Below, piece after piece: positions 1 through 14,404 of a stretch of 64,000 nt of DNA. Source of the stretch: Mobula hypostoma (Eukaryota); NCBI RefSeq assembly GCF_963921235.1, contig NC_086112.1:42160001-42224000 (forward strand). The letters are read 5' to 3'. How positions within the stretch are numbered: position 1 is the stretch's first letter; every line of letters begins with the position of its first letter. A program made the translations under genes and the position numbers. Under the pieces are notes generated by a model that had not been told where the DNA came from, did no database searches, and worked only from the letters and a program-made list of their open reading frames with translations.

Positions 1-1144
1 CAGGCATAATTACACTGAAGAAGGTGCAATCTAAGATTCACCGGTAACACCAGAACAGAAAGAATATTCTTTTCAGAAAAAGGTGAATAAGGTGGACTCT
101 TCCTTTCTGTTAAAGAAAACACTGAGGAAAAACTTGAAAGAGTTCCTTAAAATTATTAAGTTTAAAAGAGTATATATTCAGAAAATATTTCCACTGGTAA
201 AGGCATTTGAAATTATAAGTCATAAATGTAGAATAGTGTTTAAATAAATTCATTCTTGTTAGCAGTGATAACTCATTTACCCAAAGAACAGTAAAAACAT
301 GGAAGAAGCTGTCAAAGATGTTGATTTAGGTTAACTGCATTAATGTAGTTAATGGAATCCTAAATAAGAAAATAAAGGAGATGGGATAAACAGTATCTGC
401 TCAATTACATGAAAAAGAACAGTAAAATGTTTTCAAGAGACAAACTAGCAACACAGACAAGTGGGGTTAATAGTTTACTTCTCTGCTAAAAACTATGCAA
501 CCTTATAACTCACTATATATAACTACTATGTTATAAATGTGGTACCAGTGGACAGCTTCTCAGGGTGAGGCAATTGAATTCATCTGATAGAGATTTGTTA
601 CTGTGACCTTTTTGTTTGAATCCCTTAATTGATGAGGCTGAAAACACAGCTGCGTTTCTAAAATTTACTTCCAAATAGCTACAACCCAATTTAAATTAAG
701 GCTGTGCAAGACAAGCAGTCATATGTCTAGGTTTCCATGATGTCATTTACTATCTTAATAATGCTTACAGTACCTTATTACCATTTCCCTGGACAATAAT
801 ATCATTATGATTGCTATTTAACACATATGGGTCTACTTTGGCAGTATGGGAAAATATCAGCTGTTGGATTTACTTCAAAGAACTCTGACAGTTTCCCTTC
901 ACAAACACCTGTTAAGCTGATTTGGAAAATTACACTTGATACACATTTTAAATCTGACACACCTAAAAATTACAATGGTTTTTTAAAAAAATATACTTGT
1001 AAATATTTATGTACCATTTGCAGTATGAAATTTCCAAGCAAATTCTAAGAAATTACAACATTTTAGAATCACAGAGATAGTTGCAAGCAGTTAATGAATG
1101 TATTTAATCTTATGCTTGTTCAGTAAATTTCATTAATACACTTC

Positions 1145-1590
1145 AAGAAGACACAGAGATTGCAAATGCTGTATCAACACTCAAAGGTGCTGTAGGGACT
1201 CAGCAGTTGGCAGCATCAGTGGAGGGAAAAGGACAGGTGAGGTTTCAGTCAAAATCCTTCACCTAGATTGGAAAGAAAGAGGGAGTCTCCCAGTACTAAC
1301 AGTGGAGGGAAAGGGTGAGCAAGAACTGGCAGGTGGATCCATCTGGGGGAGTGAGAGAAGTGGGGAGGATGGGATCGATGTCAGAGACTGGGAGTTGGTA
1401 GTGGAAGTGACAAAGAGCTGAAGATGATGGAATGGTGGAGCATGGGATAAAAGGAGGGACGTGAGGAGGGGAACTAGTGGGATAAGTGTGCGAGGGATGG
1501 GCAGATTGAGGGGTAGGAGGAGGAGAAGGAGATACGGTGATGCGTGTCAGGTGGATTAGGAGGAAAAGGGACAGAAGGGAACAAATACCA
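1145..1590 (-). mobile_element. Old PLE 3' tail
   Basis: gattgcaaatgctg...ctcagcag...cagcatc...gtttcagtc plus a purine-rich tract, similar to 58455-58860. Confidence 0.65.
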
Positions 1591-4546
1591 GTCCATTTGC
1601 AGATTGTTCTAATGACTATTTCACTTTCATTTTACACTTCAATAGTATAAGGAAAGGGATTTTACAGTTAACACTGTCTCCAAGGACCTATGGGCCAGAA
1701 TCCTAGCGGTTAAGCTTAGATCACACCTATTAGAACCTTTGGAACAGAAACCTCCATTTTTTTTGATTCAGCAAGAAACTGATAAATGGCAATGTCATTA
1801 CAAATGTATTATAATCAGAGTACTGTCTTCTACAGCTGCTATTGCAAGATCCACTGGCAAATACAGTTTTTACTGTTCTCATTGTCTGACAAGGAATTAA
1901 AAAAAACAAAAAAACAATATTGCAAAAAATTGTTTTGTGTATGAAACTTCTTCCACAGATAAACCATAAACTTGGACATATATAAATGCATTTTTACTGC
2001 AATGCTGTAGGTAATCCATTTTAGCAGTTCTGTAAGATCGGTCTGTTCTGCTTTCAGCCTGTTTGGGTTTGAGCTGAAATAAGGGGCTATATTGTTCAAC
2101 TTAAGAATATGGTGGGCGAGACATCCTCATGGGTTTGGCGGGACCAAACTCATTTATGCCCGAGACGTACTGAGCCTGAGAAAGGTGGGTTTCTCGCTGC
2201 AGAGTCCAGTGGCTGTTAGCAAGGGGCTAATCAGCCGCATTTCCAGAGATGCCTAGTAACAAGTTTCACTTGTTTGTTACTGCAGGACCTATCCTTACAA
2301 ATCAATTAAATACAAATCAAGTATTGGATATGTGAGCCAAAACTCCTGCTAGCATGCTCTGTCATCAAATGTGGAATGAAATAAAATTTCATGCATTGCA
2401 TTGACTCCATATTCCAAGTACTACATCTCTTGCACAAAGTGACCTGATTAAGTATGCTTTTAAAATTCGAGGTTGCATACAAAATCAGGTGGTTTCCAAT
2501 TTCATCAAAGGCCTGAATGTTGTGGGTGTGCTCTGCCACTGGGGCAAGACATGTTTGTACCGGTGTGTGGCGACACTTGTGATCTGCTCCCGGCTTTTCC
2601 TGTTGATTGTAAACACAAAGGACACATTCAGTCTACGCTTCAATGTACACGTGATAAATAAATCTGAATCTTTAATCTTGAATCTTGATTGTGAACCACT
2701 GAGGGTGTTGCAATGTGGAAATCAGAAGCTGCAATTGGGCTGGTTCATCTGAGATTCCACTCTGATGCTGATCACAGCACCGGTTCTCAAAGCGCTGTGA
2801 CACACATTGTCAACCGAGATTGAAAAATTATGTGCAGGTAAGTGTTTTGATCTTCTTCTCTTATTTTAAGTTTGATTAATGCTTTTGAATTATTTTCTAA
2901 TCAGTATTTTTAAATAAAAAATTATTGTTTTTCACCAGCAAATAATTGCCAAAAAGCCATCAGGACAGTCTAGGGGCTGGGCTTCAGCACCCGCAGTCTG
3001 AGGCCTCACCACTACTCACAGATGACTCCATTTCACAGATCAACCATGGCTCAGGACTCCATCAGAGCCACTGAAGGTTATAGCAGGTATAGGAATTAAC
3101 CAGTGAGTGAATGTGGGGTGCAGCACAGGTCAAGCACAAGTCAAACCAACATACAATCATCATAGATTTGCCCATTAAATCCAATCAATGTGAACAGTGG
3201 AAGTCAGAAGAGCCAATAGAATACAGAGGGTTTTAAACTGGTTCCCAACAAAAATGATCGAGGATAACAAAGCTTGATTAGCACAAACCTATTGAACCTT
3301 AAATTGGATAATCCTAAATAAATTATTCCAACATTTGTAGATTAAAGCTTTTAAAGGATAAGAATAAAATTAATGCTGGTTTAAAATACATGGTTTAATT
3401 AAGGACAGTCAAGTCTAATTGTAAAAAGCAATTCAATTGTCTCTGTTTCTGGAAAGTGAATTTATAGTTGTCTGGTCAGAGATTGCTTAATTAACGATGG
3501 TCAATAAGTATTTGTAAAGGACAAGTTCCCTCCAATAAATTTAATTGAATTCTGAGGAAATGTAGGGATATATTAATCAAGGGAATGCAGGGTGTGTTGC
3601 ATTTATGGATTTTTGAAAGGCATTGATGGATTTTCTCACAGGAAGCTTGTTGGTAAAAGTAAGGCTCATAGTACTTAAACTAATGTAAAATGATGTCATC
3701 AAAAGGTTAGAAAACTGCTTAAATGATTCATGAGTGCTCTCCAGGCCAGAGCAGTGATGAAGAGGGGTATTCACCCAGAGTCCACATTAGCACAATGTAT
3801 GTGCCCACATATTTTTGTACTCTAGTATCATGAAATGTGCTATATGAATGTAATTAACTGTATACATGTGATTAATAGGTTAAACAGGTAGGTGCTGAAA
3901 GATGAGACTATTTTTGGAGAAAGAATACAGAGTTAATTTACATCAAGAGTGACAAACAATTTACAGTAATAGTTTGAACGAGTGTTAAAAACAAGTAACC
4001 GTGATTTGCATGGGCAAATCCTTAACACACAAAGTTGAAAAAAAGTTGTAAAGCTCGCATCGATTACAAAAAAGGGAAAGGTAAATTGAACATACACAAA
4101 ATGTTGTTAGTGTGACTTGTGGAGATAATGAAAGAACTAACATGAAGGACAAATTTGACTCCCTCAATCTATCTGTCACAGATGCAACTGATCCTGTAAG
4201 TAATGGTAGAAATAAGCACCACAGACTCCTTACAGAAATGAAGTCCCTATTTTACATTTATAAGACTCTGTACCAGATGGGATAGGTTCAGAACAGATCA
4301 AGCAGCTCAAAGCTAGGGTTCAATAAGTTGTCGTGGATCATGAGGAGCAACAGAACTACATTCCACCATAAACTGTGAATAAATTTCCCAGCAGGTTCTC
4401 ACTCTACCATTTTTATTAAGTCAGGGTTCGATAAGGAAAGTAGGGGAGATAGTGTGGAACAGCAGAAGGGTACCCAGGGCAAATTTTGAAGCTCTAATAT
4501 AGGTCTACATTCATGCAAACAGACAGAACGCAGTGATCCCACAAGC

Positions 4547-6940
4547 AGAATCAGAATCAGGTTTAACATTGTTGGCATACTTCATGAAATGCGTTATGCA
4601 CTGCAGTACATTCCAATAATAAAAACTGTAAATTACAGTAAGTATAAAGTGTTACGTACCCCGTAACTGGGTTGCCAAACCAGCAGAAATGGACCACTTA
4701 GTTGGAGTCTAGTTTAACAGAACTAATAGAGTTTTATTAAAGAAATAAGTAACACAGTACTCTAACCGTAAGGATATAAATGCACCAGGTTAGCAATGAT
4801 AAAACACACATGTACACAGAACTAGGGTAATAGGAATCAAACAAGCTCTATCACAGTCTAGGGGTAAAATGATCAGTCTCAAGTGACACAGAGTTCAGTT
4901 CAGCTTAGTACAGTTCGCAGTAATTCCTGTTGTGCTGTTGGAGAGAGAGAGAGAGAGAGATAATATGCAAATCTGATTCAGACAGACCTTTAATGTTCTT
5001 CGCCGTTAGCTTTTGGGCAAACTCTTTTAACGTCTTCTGTGGTCACTGACTGTGACCCCTCCGTTCTGGATACGACCGTTCTTCCGCGGTGAACCCGGCA
5101 CCCAGGCAAGGGCGGACACACACACCAGGTTCCTGCCGATCGTACCTTTTCACCCTGTGCATCTATGGTCGGTTCCCGCAACCAGACCTCCAAACTCTCA
5201 CCAACTTGAGGGGGCACACCGCTCTTCCAGGGTCTCGTTGTCTCGTGATCTCGTGGTGTGTGTCGTGCCTTAGCGAACCTGTTCTTTTTATCCCCCTGCT
5301 GGGGTATCGCCTGTCCATCAAATTTCAAACAGTTCAGGTTCAAAGCAACCGGTCTGTCAATATTCTGAAATGTGTTTCTTTCTCGTTAATCTCTCTCTTC
5401 TCTCTTATTAGCATTTTGAATGTTTCTCCATTGTCTCTCTTATCTCTCTCATCAGCATCAATCTTCTGATAACTTGGTTTATCATCACAAAAGTATATTA
5501 GTAAAGTTAAATTAAGTAAGTAGTGCAAAAAGAGAGAATAAATAGTGAGGTAGTGTTCATGGGTTCTATGTCCATTCAGAAATCTGATAGCAGAGGAAAA
5601 GAAGCCATTCCTGAATCATTGATAGTGTGCCTTCAGGCTCCTGTATCTCCCCCCTAATGATAGCAATGAGAAGAGGGCATGTCCTGGTGATAGGGGGTCC
5701 TTAATGATGGATGTCACCTTTTTGAGGCATCACTCCGTGAAGATGTCCTGGATCCTGGGGAAGGCCAGTGCCCATGATGGAGCTGACTCAGTTTCCAACT
5801 TTCTGTAACTTATTTCAATCCTGTGCAGTGGCAACCTCACACCCCACCCCCCAACCAAACCAGATGGTAATACAGCCAATTAGAATGCTCTCCATGGTAC
5901 ATCTGTATAAATTTGTGAGTGTCTTTGGTGACATACCAAATCTCCTCAATCTCTGAATAAAATAGAGCCACTGTCATGCCTTCTTTGTAACTGCATCACT
6001 ATGTTGGGCCCAGGATAGATCCTCAGAAATAAAGGCACCCAAGAACTTGAATTTGCTTACCCTTTCCACTTCTGATTCCTCAGTGAGGAATGGTGTGTGT
6101 TCCCTCGTCCTACTCTTCTTGATGTCCACAATCAATTCCTTGGTCTTACTGACTTTGAGTGCAAGGTGGTTGCTGGGACACCACTCAACCAGATGAACTA
6201 CCTCGCTCCTCTACGCTTTCTTGTCACCATCTCAAATTCTGCCAACAATAGTTGTGTCGTTAGCAAATTTATAGATGGCATTTGAGCTGTACCTAGTTAT
6301 ACAGTCGTTTGTTTAGAGAGAGTAGAACTGTGGGCTAAGTACACATCCTTGAGGTGCGCAGTGTCCACCTACAGCAAGGTGGAGATGTTCCTTCCGATCT
6401 GCACAGACTATGGACTTCCAGTGAGGAAGTTGAGGATCCAGTTGTAGAGAGAAGTACAAAGACCCAGGTTTTGGAGTATTTTGATTAGAAGTATCGAAAT
6501 GATTGTGTTAAACACTGAGCTGTAGTCAACAAACAGCAGCCTGATGTAAGTATTAGTATTATCCAGGTGCTCCAAGGCCACATGAAGAGCCAGTGAGATT
6601 GCATCCACTATAGACCTACTGTGGCGATAGGAAAATTGGAGTGGGTCCAGATCTTGCTTAGACAGGAGTTAATTCTAGCCGTAACCAATCTCTCAAAGCA
6701 CTTCATCACCGTAGATGCGAGAGCTACTAGACGATATTCGTTAAGGCAGCTCACTCTGCTCTTCGGCACTGGTATGATTGTTGCCCTTTTGAAGCAGGTG
6801 GGAACTTCTAACTGTAGCAATGTGAGATTGAAAAAGTCTTTGAACACACCTGACATCTGGTTGGCACAGGTTTTCGGAGAGTAAACCAGGTACATCATCG
6901 GGGCCTGTTGCTTTGCAAGGGTTCACCCCCTTGAAAAACA
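4547..6940 (-). mobile_element. Rex1/Babar-type LINE, 5'-truncated and degenerate, interrupted by the solo LTR
   Basis: RT fragments [40 protein letters not shown] and [16 protein letters not shown]; (attctg)n-type tail at about 4550. Confidence 0.85.
4650..5489 (-). mobile_element. Solo LTR of a related Gmr1-like subfamily (840 bp)
   Basis: Starts TGTTACGTACCCCGTAACTGGG like the full LTRs and ends CATCACA; 4-bp TSD AAAG (4646-4649 and 5490-5493); inserted in a Rex1 3' UTR. Confidence 0.92.
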
Positions 6941-7887
6941 TTATGAGTCAAATCAAATTGAACTTCTGCAAGCTTGCTATATCGAAAAGGAATTCACAGC
7001 GGGAAGCCACTACATATCTTCAGTGGTGAGGAAGTTCACAGTATGAATATAAAGCAACCACCTTCAGCCGCATGTGCCAAGTAGATGATTGATTATGCCC
7101 TCTCCTAAAGTTTCTATGGAAGAAACCAGCTTTTAGTCAATTCAATGGCCACAGTTCAAATATCAATTACACGGCTAATTTCCAGGAATGTGCTAGAAAT
7201 GGCTGCCATTGACATTATTGCAGCATTGGACTAAGCGATGTTACAATAAAATTATGTGGGAATCAAGGAAAAATCTTCCAGACGGCACAATGGAATATCA
7301 TTGGAGAGTACTTACCTTGTGAACTTCACTAGAGACATAACTACACTCAGAGTCCTAAGGTCAGCCATCTTTAATTGCTTTTTCAATGGTGTACCCTTCA
7401 TCATATTCACAGGTAAGGATGAGGACTGCACACAATTTAGTTCTGTCCATCATTCATCACTCAGCAAAATTTGGATAACATTCATGCTTGTGCTTTTGGG
7501 TGGCATTCATACGACACAAGAGCCAAACAATAATTATTTCCAAAAAGCAAAGGTATGTCGCCGCTGCCAATCCCTTTCCATCAAACATCCTGAGATTGTG
7601 GTCATGAGTAGCATATTATTATTGAATATTATACAACAAAAAAATCAAATCTTTGCATGGAAATACTTCAATAGTCTCATCCCTCTTTAGAACTGTAATC
7701 TTAGTTTTACAGCCCTCCAAGTCAGGCTGTGGGGTGCAAACTATTTTAATCACACCTCCACTGGCTGCCATACCTTCAGCTTCTATTGTCTTTCATTCCA
7801 ACATTCATCCCTGAACTTTCCTGCATCTTCACCTCAGCTTCACCTTTTAAAGTATTCCTTAAAACCTACTCACAACCTCCTTCAGTA

Positions 7888-8745
7888 GCAGGGGTGAAAA
7901 TGTGAATTGTAAATGCTTTTGGGAAGTAACTTTAGATATTTACTTTGTTAAATACATGTTTTTGTAGCTCTTAATGTCCCATGCAAGGAAAGAACATTTT
8001 GATTGTTTATTATAGAAAGTGTAAATCAATGATCAGAACCACATTTTTCTCCCTTATGTTCCTGAAGTTCTAATGATGATGAACGGTACACTGATCATCT
8101 GCATGGGTAGGTTAGTGTTAGTTCTTCAGTTCTTTTATTCTAGACTAGATTTCCATTAACCGTGCTTCACGAAAATGTTAAATGCTTTGCTCCGTGTATC
8201 TTTGCTTTGCTGATATCTTCAACTGAGTTTGAGGAAATGTCACACAAGCTTTGCAGGAAAGAAGCTTTCTCATCTTATTGCTGAGAAAATCATACTAGGA
8301 ACAAGATGGTAATCAATGAGTAAGCCAAAATGTAGTTCTGGCAATCAATCAGTTAAAGGACACAGAATTAACATCCATATTGGCTCTCAACAGATAAAAA
8401 ATAATGAAAGGATCAGAATGATTCTTATTCAACTTGGCTTGTAACCTGGAAAGATGCAAAAGCTTTAGAGAGGGTGCAGAAGAGATTTACTGAAATGATT
8501 CAAAGGATGAACTAATAGTAACCTAGCCATGCAGATGATCAGTGTACTGTTCATCATCATTGGAACTTCAGGAACATATGGGAGAAAAATGTGGTTCTGA
8601 TCATTGATTTACACTTTCTATAATAAACAATCAAAATGTTCTTTCCTTGCATGGGACATTAAGAGCCACGAAAAAATGTATTTAACAAAGTAAATATCTA
8701 AAGTTACTTCCTAAAAGCATTTACAATTCACATTTTCACCCCTGC
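7888..8745. repeat. 227-bp inverted repeat (arms 7888-8114 and 8519-8745)
   Basis: Direct reverse-complement comparison; roughly 95% identical by eye. Confidence 0.93.
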
Positions 8746-9650
8746 CATTAGTTATGTAAATAGATTGGATGTACTCAGTTACCTTGGTCACAAAGGAACT
8801 TGCAAAGGGTTATGACAGTGAGTTTTAAAATTTTGAAGGATAGACAAATAGAACCTTGTTTTACTGAGGGATGTAGAACAAAGATGAATGGCAAAATAAC
8901 TAGAATTAACATGAAGAAACATAGATTACATGGTGAGTTCCCAGAGGTTGGAATGCTTTGCCAGGGGTAATAGTAGAGGCAGATTCAATTGTACCATTCA
9001 AAAGAAAGCAGGATAAGTACCTGAAAAGAAAAAAAAATGCAGGGCTACAGGGAAAAGACAGGAGAGGAGGACTAGCTGATTACCCTTATGTAGAGCGGTG
9101 CGGAGCTGATGACCTATGGCTTTCTGAATTGCTGTTAGCATTCTATGATTCTGTAATCTGCAGTTCAGCAAATCATTCCATGCTAGTGACATTGCAGAGA
9201 GCAGACAAAGCTTTGATAGATGTTACAATTTAAAATGTGGAGTGAAAATCAATCCCCGTAATTTACTGTAGGTTCTCACAGTTGCTCTTTTATGAATTTA
9301 GCTTTTCTTCATAATTGGGCTGATTTGTGGCCACTCCAAATGGTATTGAGAATTCATACCAGAAGTAAATTGTGGATGAATGTAATTGTATTCCTCAGCC
9401 AGTGTACAGTAAACTAGGTTCCTGTGGATAAATTGTCACACTGATAAAATTTGGTAAGCAGTGCAAGTAAGAGACATCTCAAGGGAATAATTGTTTCATT
9501 ATTGGGCTGGAGGAATTCTTGTACACCATCCCACAAAAGCGGCTTTGAAAAGGATTAATGAGTGGATGGTTTTCAACTTTTTTTAATGTGATTTTTATCC
9601 TCTATTGAATTGAGAAGCAGGTCAAGTGTAAAGTGCAAGTGGATTCTCAC

Positions 9651-9772
9651 CATCCATTGTGGAGTGCTCCTCAGATTCATCAGGGGATGGGAGGCACGAT
9701 TCCGCCGTTTCCACATTTGTTATCAACTGTTTGGATAGAGAATTGTAACTGCGACTCTGACCAAGTGTGGAC
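9651..9772 (-). CDS. FRMD3: FRMD3 coding exon (122 nt): STLGQSRSYNSLSKQLITNVETAESCLPSPDESEEHSTMD(G)
   Basis: QSRS..SL.KQLI.N.E....LPSP resembles FRMD3 rather than FRMD5; ttttccag| acceptor and |gtgaga donor. The terminal exon was not found in the window. Confidence 0.88.
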
Positions 9773-10654
9773 CTGGAAAAAGATGGTGGTACTGTTACAC
9801 AATACAGTTTGGACACCAGTAACATGAATTATGCTGACAATATTTTTCTGCTTCTAATAAAAATCGCCAAATGTTTTAAGTAAGCTCTCATGTTATTTAT
9901 TTATTCTTCAATGTATATATGCAATTTTATATTTGCAGATTTCTCTATATTTTTTCAGTTTTTTATTTCTGTTTTATTTTCATGAATTCCTATACATTTT
10001 AGAGTTTTCAAAATGATTAACCTGAACTTAAGGATGTCAGTGACCATCTCTTGAATCCATTGGAAGTTTGTTTGCCTGAATATTGGATGCAAAGAAATTA
10101 TATCCGTCTGTACTGTACTATGTTAATAGTCTTTCAATGCTCATTGAATGCTCAAACATAAATGCTAGTCATTTGAACAGAATTCTGTCTTTTGTCCTTC
10201 ATGAAGAACGATTGAGAAAGAAACTTAAAAAAAGACAAAACCAGCAGTTCAAATTAAAACAGCTTGACAGAAAAGCAAGGATCTCCTTTTGATACCTTTC
10301 AATCATTTGTGGTTAAATGCATCACAAAGTATTCACCTACAGAAAATGGTATTAATTAGGTTCTACCCCCTTTCTGGGTAGAGTTATCATATTCCAAGTG
10401 GGTTAATAGTTCAAGCACAATTTCCCCTGGGTGGTCGAAAGCAATTATTTCAGCCACAGTTTCTGCTGCCTATGACCACTGCTGGCAAACAAGCATTGCT
10501 GAAGTCTAATGTTCACAATATCAGGCTTGGCTGGGAGATCCAACCACTTCAGAATTACTCAGTACATACTGAAGGGTCCCAAGAAATTGGCAATGTGGGC
10601 TTGGAAAAGCAAGAGTTACAGATGAACGAAATATTAATCCAGAGAAAAGAAAGA

Positions 10655-10950
10655 ATCCACTTCAGATTTATTACCACTGTCTTACATGATGTGAAATTAG
10701 CCTTGCAGCAGCAGTACAAAGACATAAAATACTACAAATTGCAAGATAAATAAATAGTGCAAAAAAAAGGAACAATGGGTTCATGGACCATTCAGAAATC
10801 TGATGGAGGGGAGGAAGCTGCTGCTGAACCATAAAGTGTGATGGTTCAGGCTCCTGTACCTACTCTCTTGTGGTAGTAACAAGAAGAGGTCATGGCCTGG
10901 ACAGTGAGGGTTCTTAATGATTGATGTTGTCTTCTTGAGACACTGCAGAA
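10655..10950 (-). mobile_element. Rex1/Babar LINE 3' fragment
   Basis: IIKNPHCPGHDLFLLLP..SRYRSL C-terminal motif. Confidence 0.7.
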
Positions 10951-11899
10951 ATCTCATGTTGGAAAACAATGAAAGGCAGAAAAACCTTACACTTGGACAT
11001 CCCTCTGCATGTGAGCAAGCATTGAGGAACAGTTAAAGAATATTAAATAGTTCTTCAACCAATCCTCTGTGCATGCTGGTACATATATTAAGAATTGGAT
11101 GATTTGGCAGAATGCCACATGTATTAATAATTCAAATTAATGGATTTGATGATAAAACAGATACTAAAAATTCATCTGCCGACAGCCACACGATATCATA
11201 GCAGCTGCACATCCTACTTTTCTTTTGAAATTCAGCTTCAATGAGTTAACAAAGCAGACACCACTATATAGAATGTGTGCAGTTAGTTGTCAGGGATGAA
11301 TTTGTCATCTGTGACTTCCAGGCTTTCTAATAATACAGCACTAAACAGGAAAGTGAGCTGTCCAGAGGAATCAATAAGTCTACAAAAAACATAGGTCTGC
11401 TAAACTAGTGAACAAGACAATGTAATATGGGGAGTGATGTAGAAATGTGTGAGTTTAGTTACTTTGTTCAGAAGTACAGAAATACAATTTTTATATAGGG
11501 ATTTCAGTGTGAAGATATATGGAAAGCAATAACTGTAAATGTCCACATACAACTCATTAGGAATGTAAATAGTATGTTGGCCTCTATCACAATTGTACAG
11601 AGCTTTGGTGTGACCTTCCTTGATGACTAACTGAGATGGAAAAAGTGCTGAACTCTAAGAAAATGAGAAAGAAGACCTTTGGCACAGGATCAGCCATGAT
11701 CCAAATGAACGGCAGGACAAGTTCACTGGGCTGAATGACTTATTCCTATTTAGATTTCTGGTCTGCTGTCCAATGTTGGGAAATATAAAAGGGATACCTG
11801 TGAAATAACTGAGGAACAACAAACCAAATAAAATTCAAGGCAAATCAAACATTTTCTTAGCGATCGTCGAGTGTTTCCTGAGTGACACATTACTCTCTG

Positions 11900-12116
<217 letters not shown>

Positions 12117-12383
12117 TTAGGTAAATATGTCCAGTGTGTTTTGAAAATGATTATATTTCTGAATAAAACAGTGGATAAGAACTGCCAGCATGGAAAATAT
12201 ATCTAAACAAAGCAGCAAATACTGACCTTCTGCTACTTATTCCAGCATGCCCATAATTTCTTCTTCAGTCATGGTTATTAAAGTAGGTTTATAGATCCCA
12301 CATACCACCACTTAGTCCATTGCCTTATTCAAATTTTGACTCGAGGCCCTCCATATGCTTTTTTTCTGGTGCCCTTCAAACTG

Positions 12384-13174
12384 CAGTGGATTCCGGTTAA
12401 TTTGGCCCTTGGTTAATCAGGGCAGCTGTTTATTTGGGACAACTCTTAAAGCACAAAAACTAATCAAGAAAATTGCTGGGATTTGAAACACTATGCCACT
12501 TAATTAGGCGGGAAACTATTGCCGAACAGGTTCTGACTAGTGTCAGTCATGCACACTTGCGTAGGCTTTAGACACTACGCCATGCTTGGAGTGAACAGTT
12601 TTTAAATAGCGTCAATTACATGTGTTTGTGCTCAATAAGCAGTGATTTTCGTTAGTGACTGTTGGCAAGAAATAAGCAGTAAGACAATTCAGAACCGTTT
12701 TGCTCACTGCAGTTTCAAGCATTAAGGCTAGGAGATGCCAGAAATGGCCAGAAGTGCAAATAAAATGATTTCACTACTTCAAAAAATTAAGAACTACAAA
12801 GAATTTGAAGGTCTTGACGACCATCTTGAATATTATGATGAAAATGAAGACCTGGAGGGTGCAAATGTTAATAGCATTGCATGAAGTCAGTCCATTATCC
12901 ATGCTGACTTTGTTCATTGTGTACACTGCATGAATTCTCCCTTCGACAACTATTAGGAACTAATACACAGTTTTATAGTACTGTAATTCTATTGGTAGTG
13001 TTCCAATTTGTTCAGTATTTCATTTAAATACATAATTTGCTACTCAGTTTGTACGTTTTACACCTTTTAAACTATTCCCATCTATTTCCATGAAACTTTG
13101 GCTAATTGGGGCAGTCACTTAATTGGGCCAAAATGTAAAGGTCCCGATGTGTCCCGATTAACTGGAATCCACTG
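12384..13174 (+). mobile_element. Non-autonomous pogo/Tigger-like DNA transposon (791 bp)
   Basis: TIRs CAGTGGATTCCGGTTAAT / ATTAACTGGAATCCACTG; right flank TA (left flank TG); relic IQNRFAHCSFK. Confidence 0.85.
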
Positions 13175-13834
13175 TAATTAGCTTCTGTTTCTTATGCTTA
13201 TTTAAATACTATAGTTTTGGTCTTTTCATTTTTATTTTCTTGCATTAGATAACAATATTTAAAAGCCTACCTGTCTTTCAGGATGACTCGAAATATGGAA
13301 AATGTGGTTGGTATGAGGTGGTGATTTTCACCTGTCTGAGAAGTATTTCTGTACCATAGATCATCTCCAGTTCCATTTCCCTCTTGCCCTATATTCTCTG
13401 CTTTCACTCTATCTTCATTTTTCTATATTTATTTCTCTACTCATAACATAACTGGAAATTGAAATTGTAAGTATTATATCTACAATTTTTTCATCTCTCT
13501 TAACAGGGTCAAACAAGAACTTCCTTCAAAATAAAAACAAGAAGTCCTTACCCTCAATCTGTGATATGAGCCATCCACAATGTGAAGTTATTATAAGTAC
13601 TCACTATTTTGTACCACTCTCTAGACTCTGTGCCGAAGACTCTGTTGTGTCATATGGACAAAGTAAGAAGATGCGTGGAATGTGTGTCACAGCTGCATCA
13701 GCGTATGCTGACGTGTGGAATTATGTGGACCGGCAGACTATAATCAAGAATTAATGACAGATTCTAATCTTGGAGATCTCTGACACATAAACCTACCATC
13801 ACAGAGATCAAATACCATTGAATGTTGTGATAAA

Positions 13835-14375
13835 ATCGTACGGCACAAGGACAAGGCCCTTCAGCCCACAATGTTGTGCCGAACCAATTAAATTAGTAAT
13901 CAGATGGCTAATTAACCTCTCCTGCCTACACAATGGACAAATCCCTCCATTTCCCTCACTTTCATGTGCCTATCTAAATGTCTCTTAAACATCCCTAATG
14001 TACAATATCTGCCTCTACCTGCACCCCAGTTAGCACGTTCCAGACACTCACCACTCTGTGTGTTTAAAAAAACTTGCCTCTAAAATCTCCTTTAAAATTA
14101 CCCCTTCTAGCATAAAATGAATACCCTCTGGCATTAGAGATTTCAACCCTGGGAAAATGATACTACCTGTCTACTTTAACTATGTCTCTTATAATCCTAA
14201 AAACCTCTATAGTATCTCCCCTCAGACTCTGCCACTCCAGAGAAAACTAAAGTTCGTCCAATCTCTCGTGATAGAACAATCCTTTAATCCCGGCAGCATC
14301 TTGGTAAGTCTCTTCTGCACCTTCTCGACATCCTTCCTTTAATCGGGTGATTAGAACTGTATGCAGTACTCCAAC
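13835..14375 (-). mobile_element. Old CR1 3' fragment
   Basis: ggcccttcagcccacaatgttgtgccga 3' UTR motif and ctcttctgcacc (RVQKRF region). Confidence 0.7.
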
Positions 14376-14404
14376 AACCTTAGCGCTTAAAAACAAACAC
14401 TCAC

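Noticed and set aside
1839-2840. Terminal FRMD3 exon or a separate gene
   Set aside because: No TPEFEQFHY-like or hydrophobic C-terminal motif was found in any frame examined. About 2540-2690 is a repeat also seen at about 47560-47720.
13271-13331. Possible 61-nt cassette exon (ag...gt on the minus strand)
   Set aside because: It is frame-shifting, shows no homology, and its splice signals are of chance quality.
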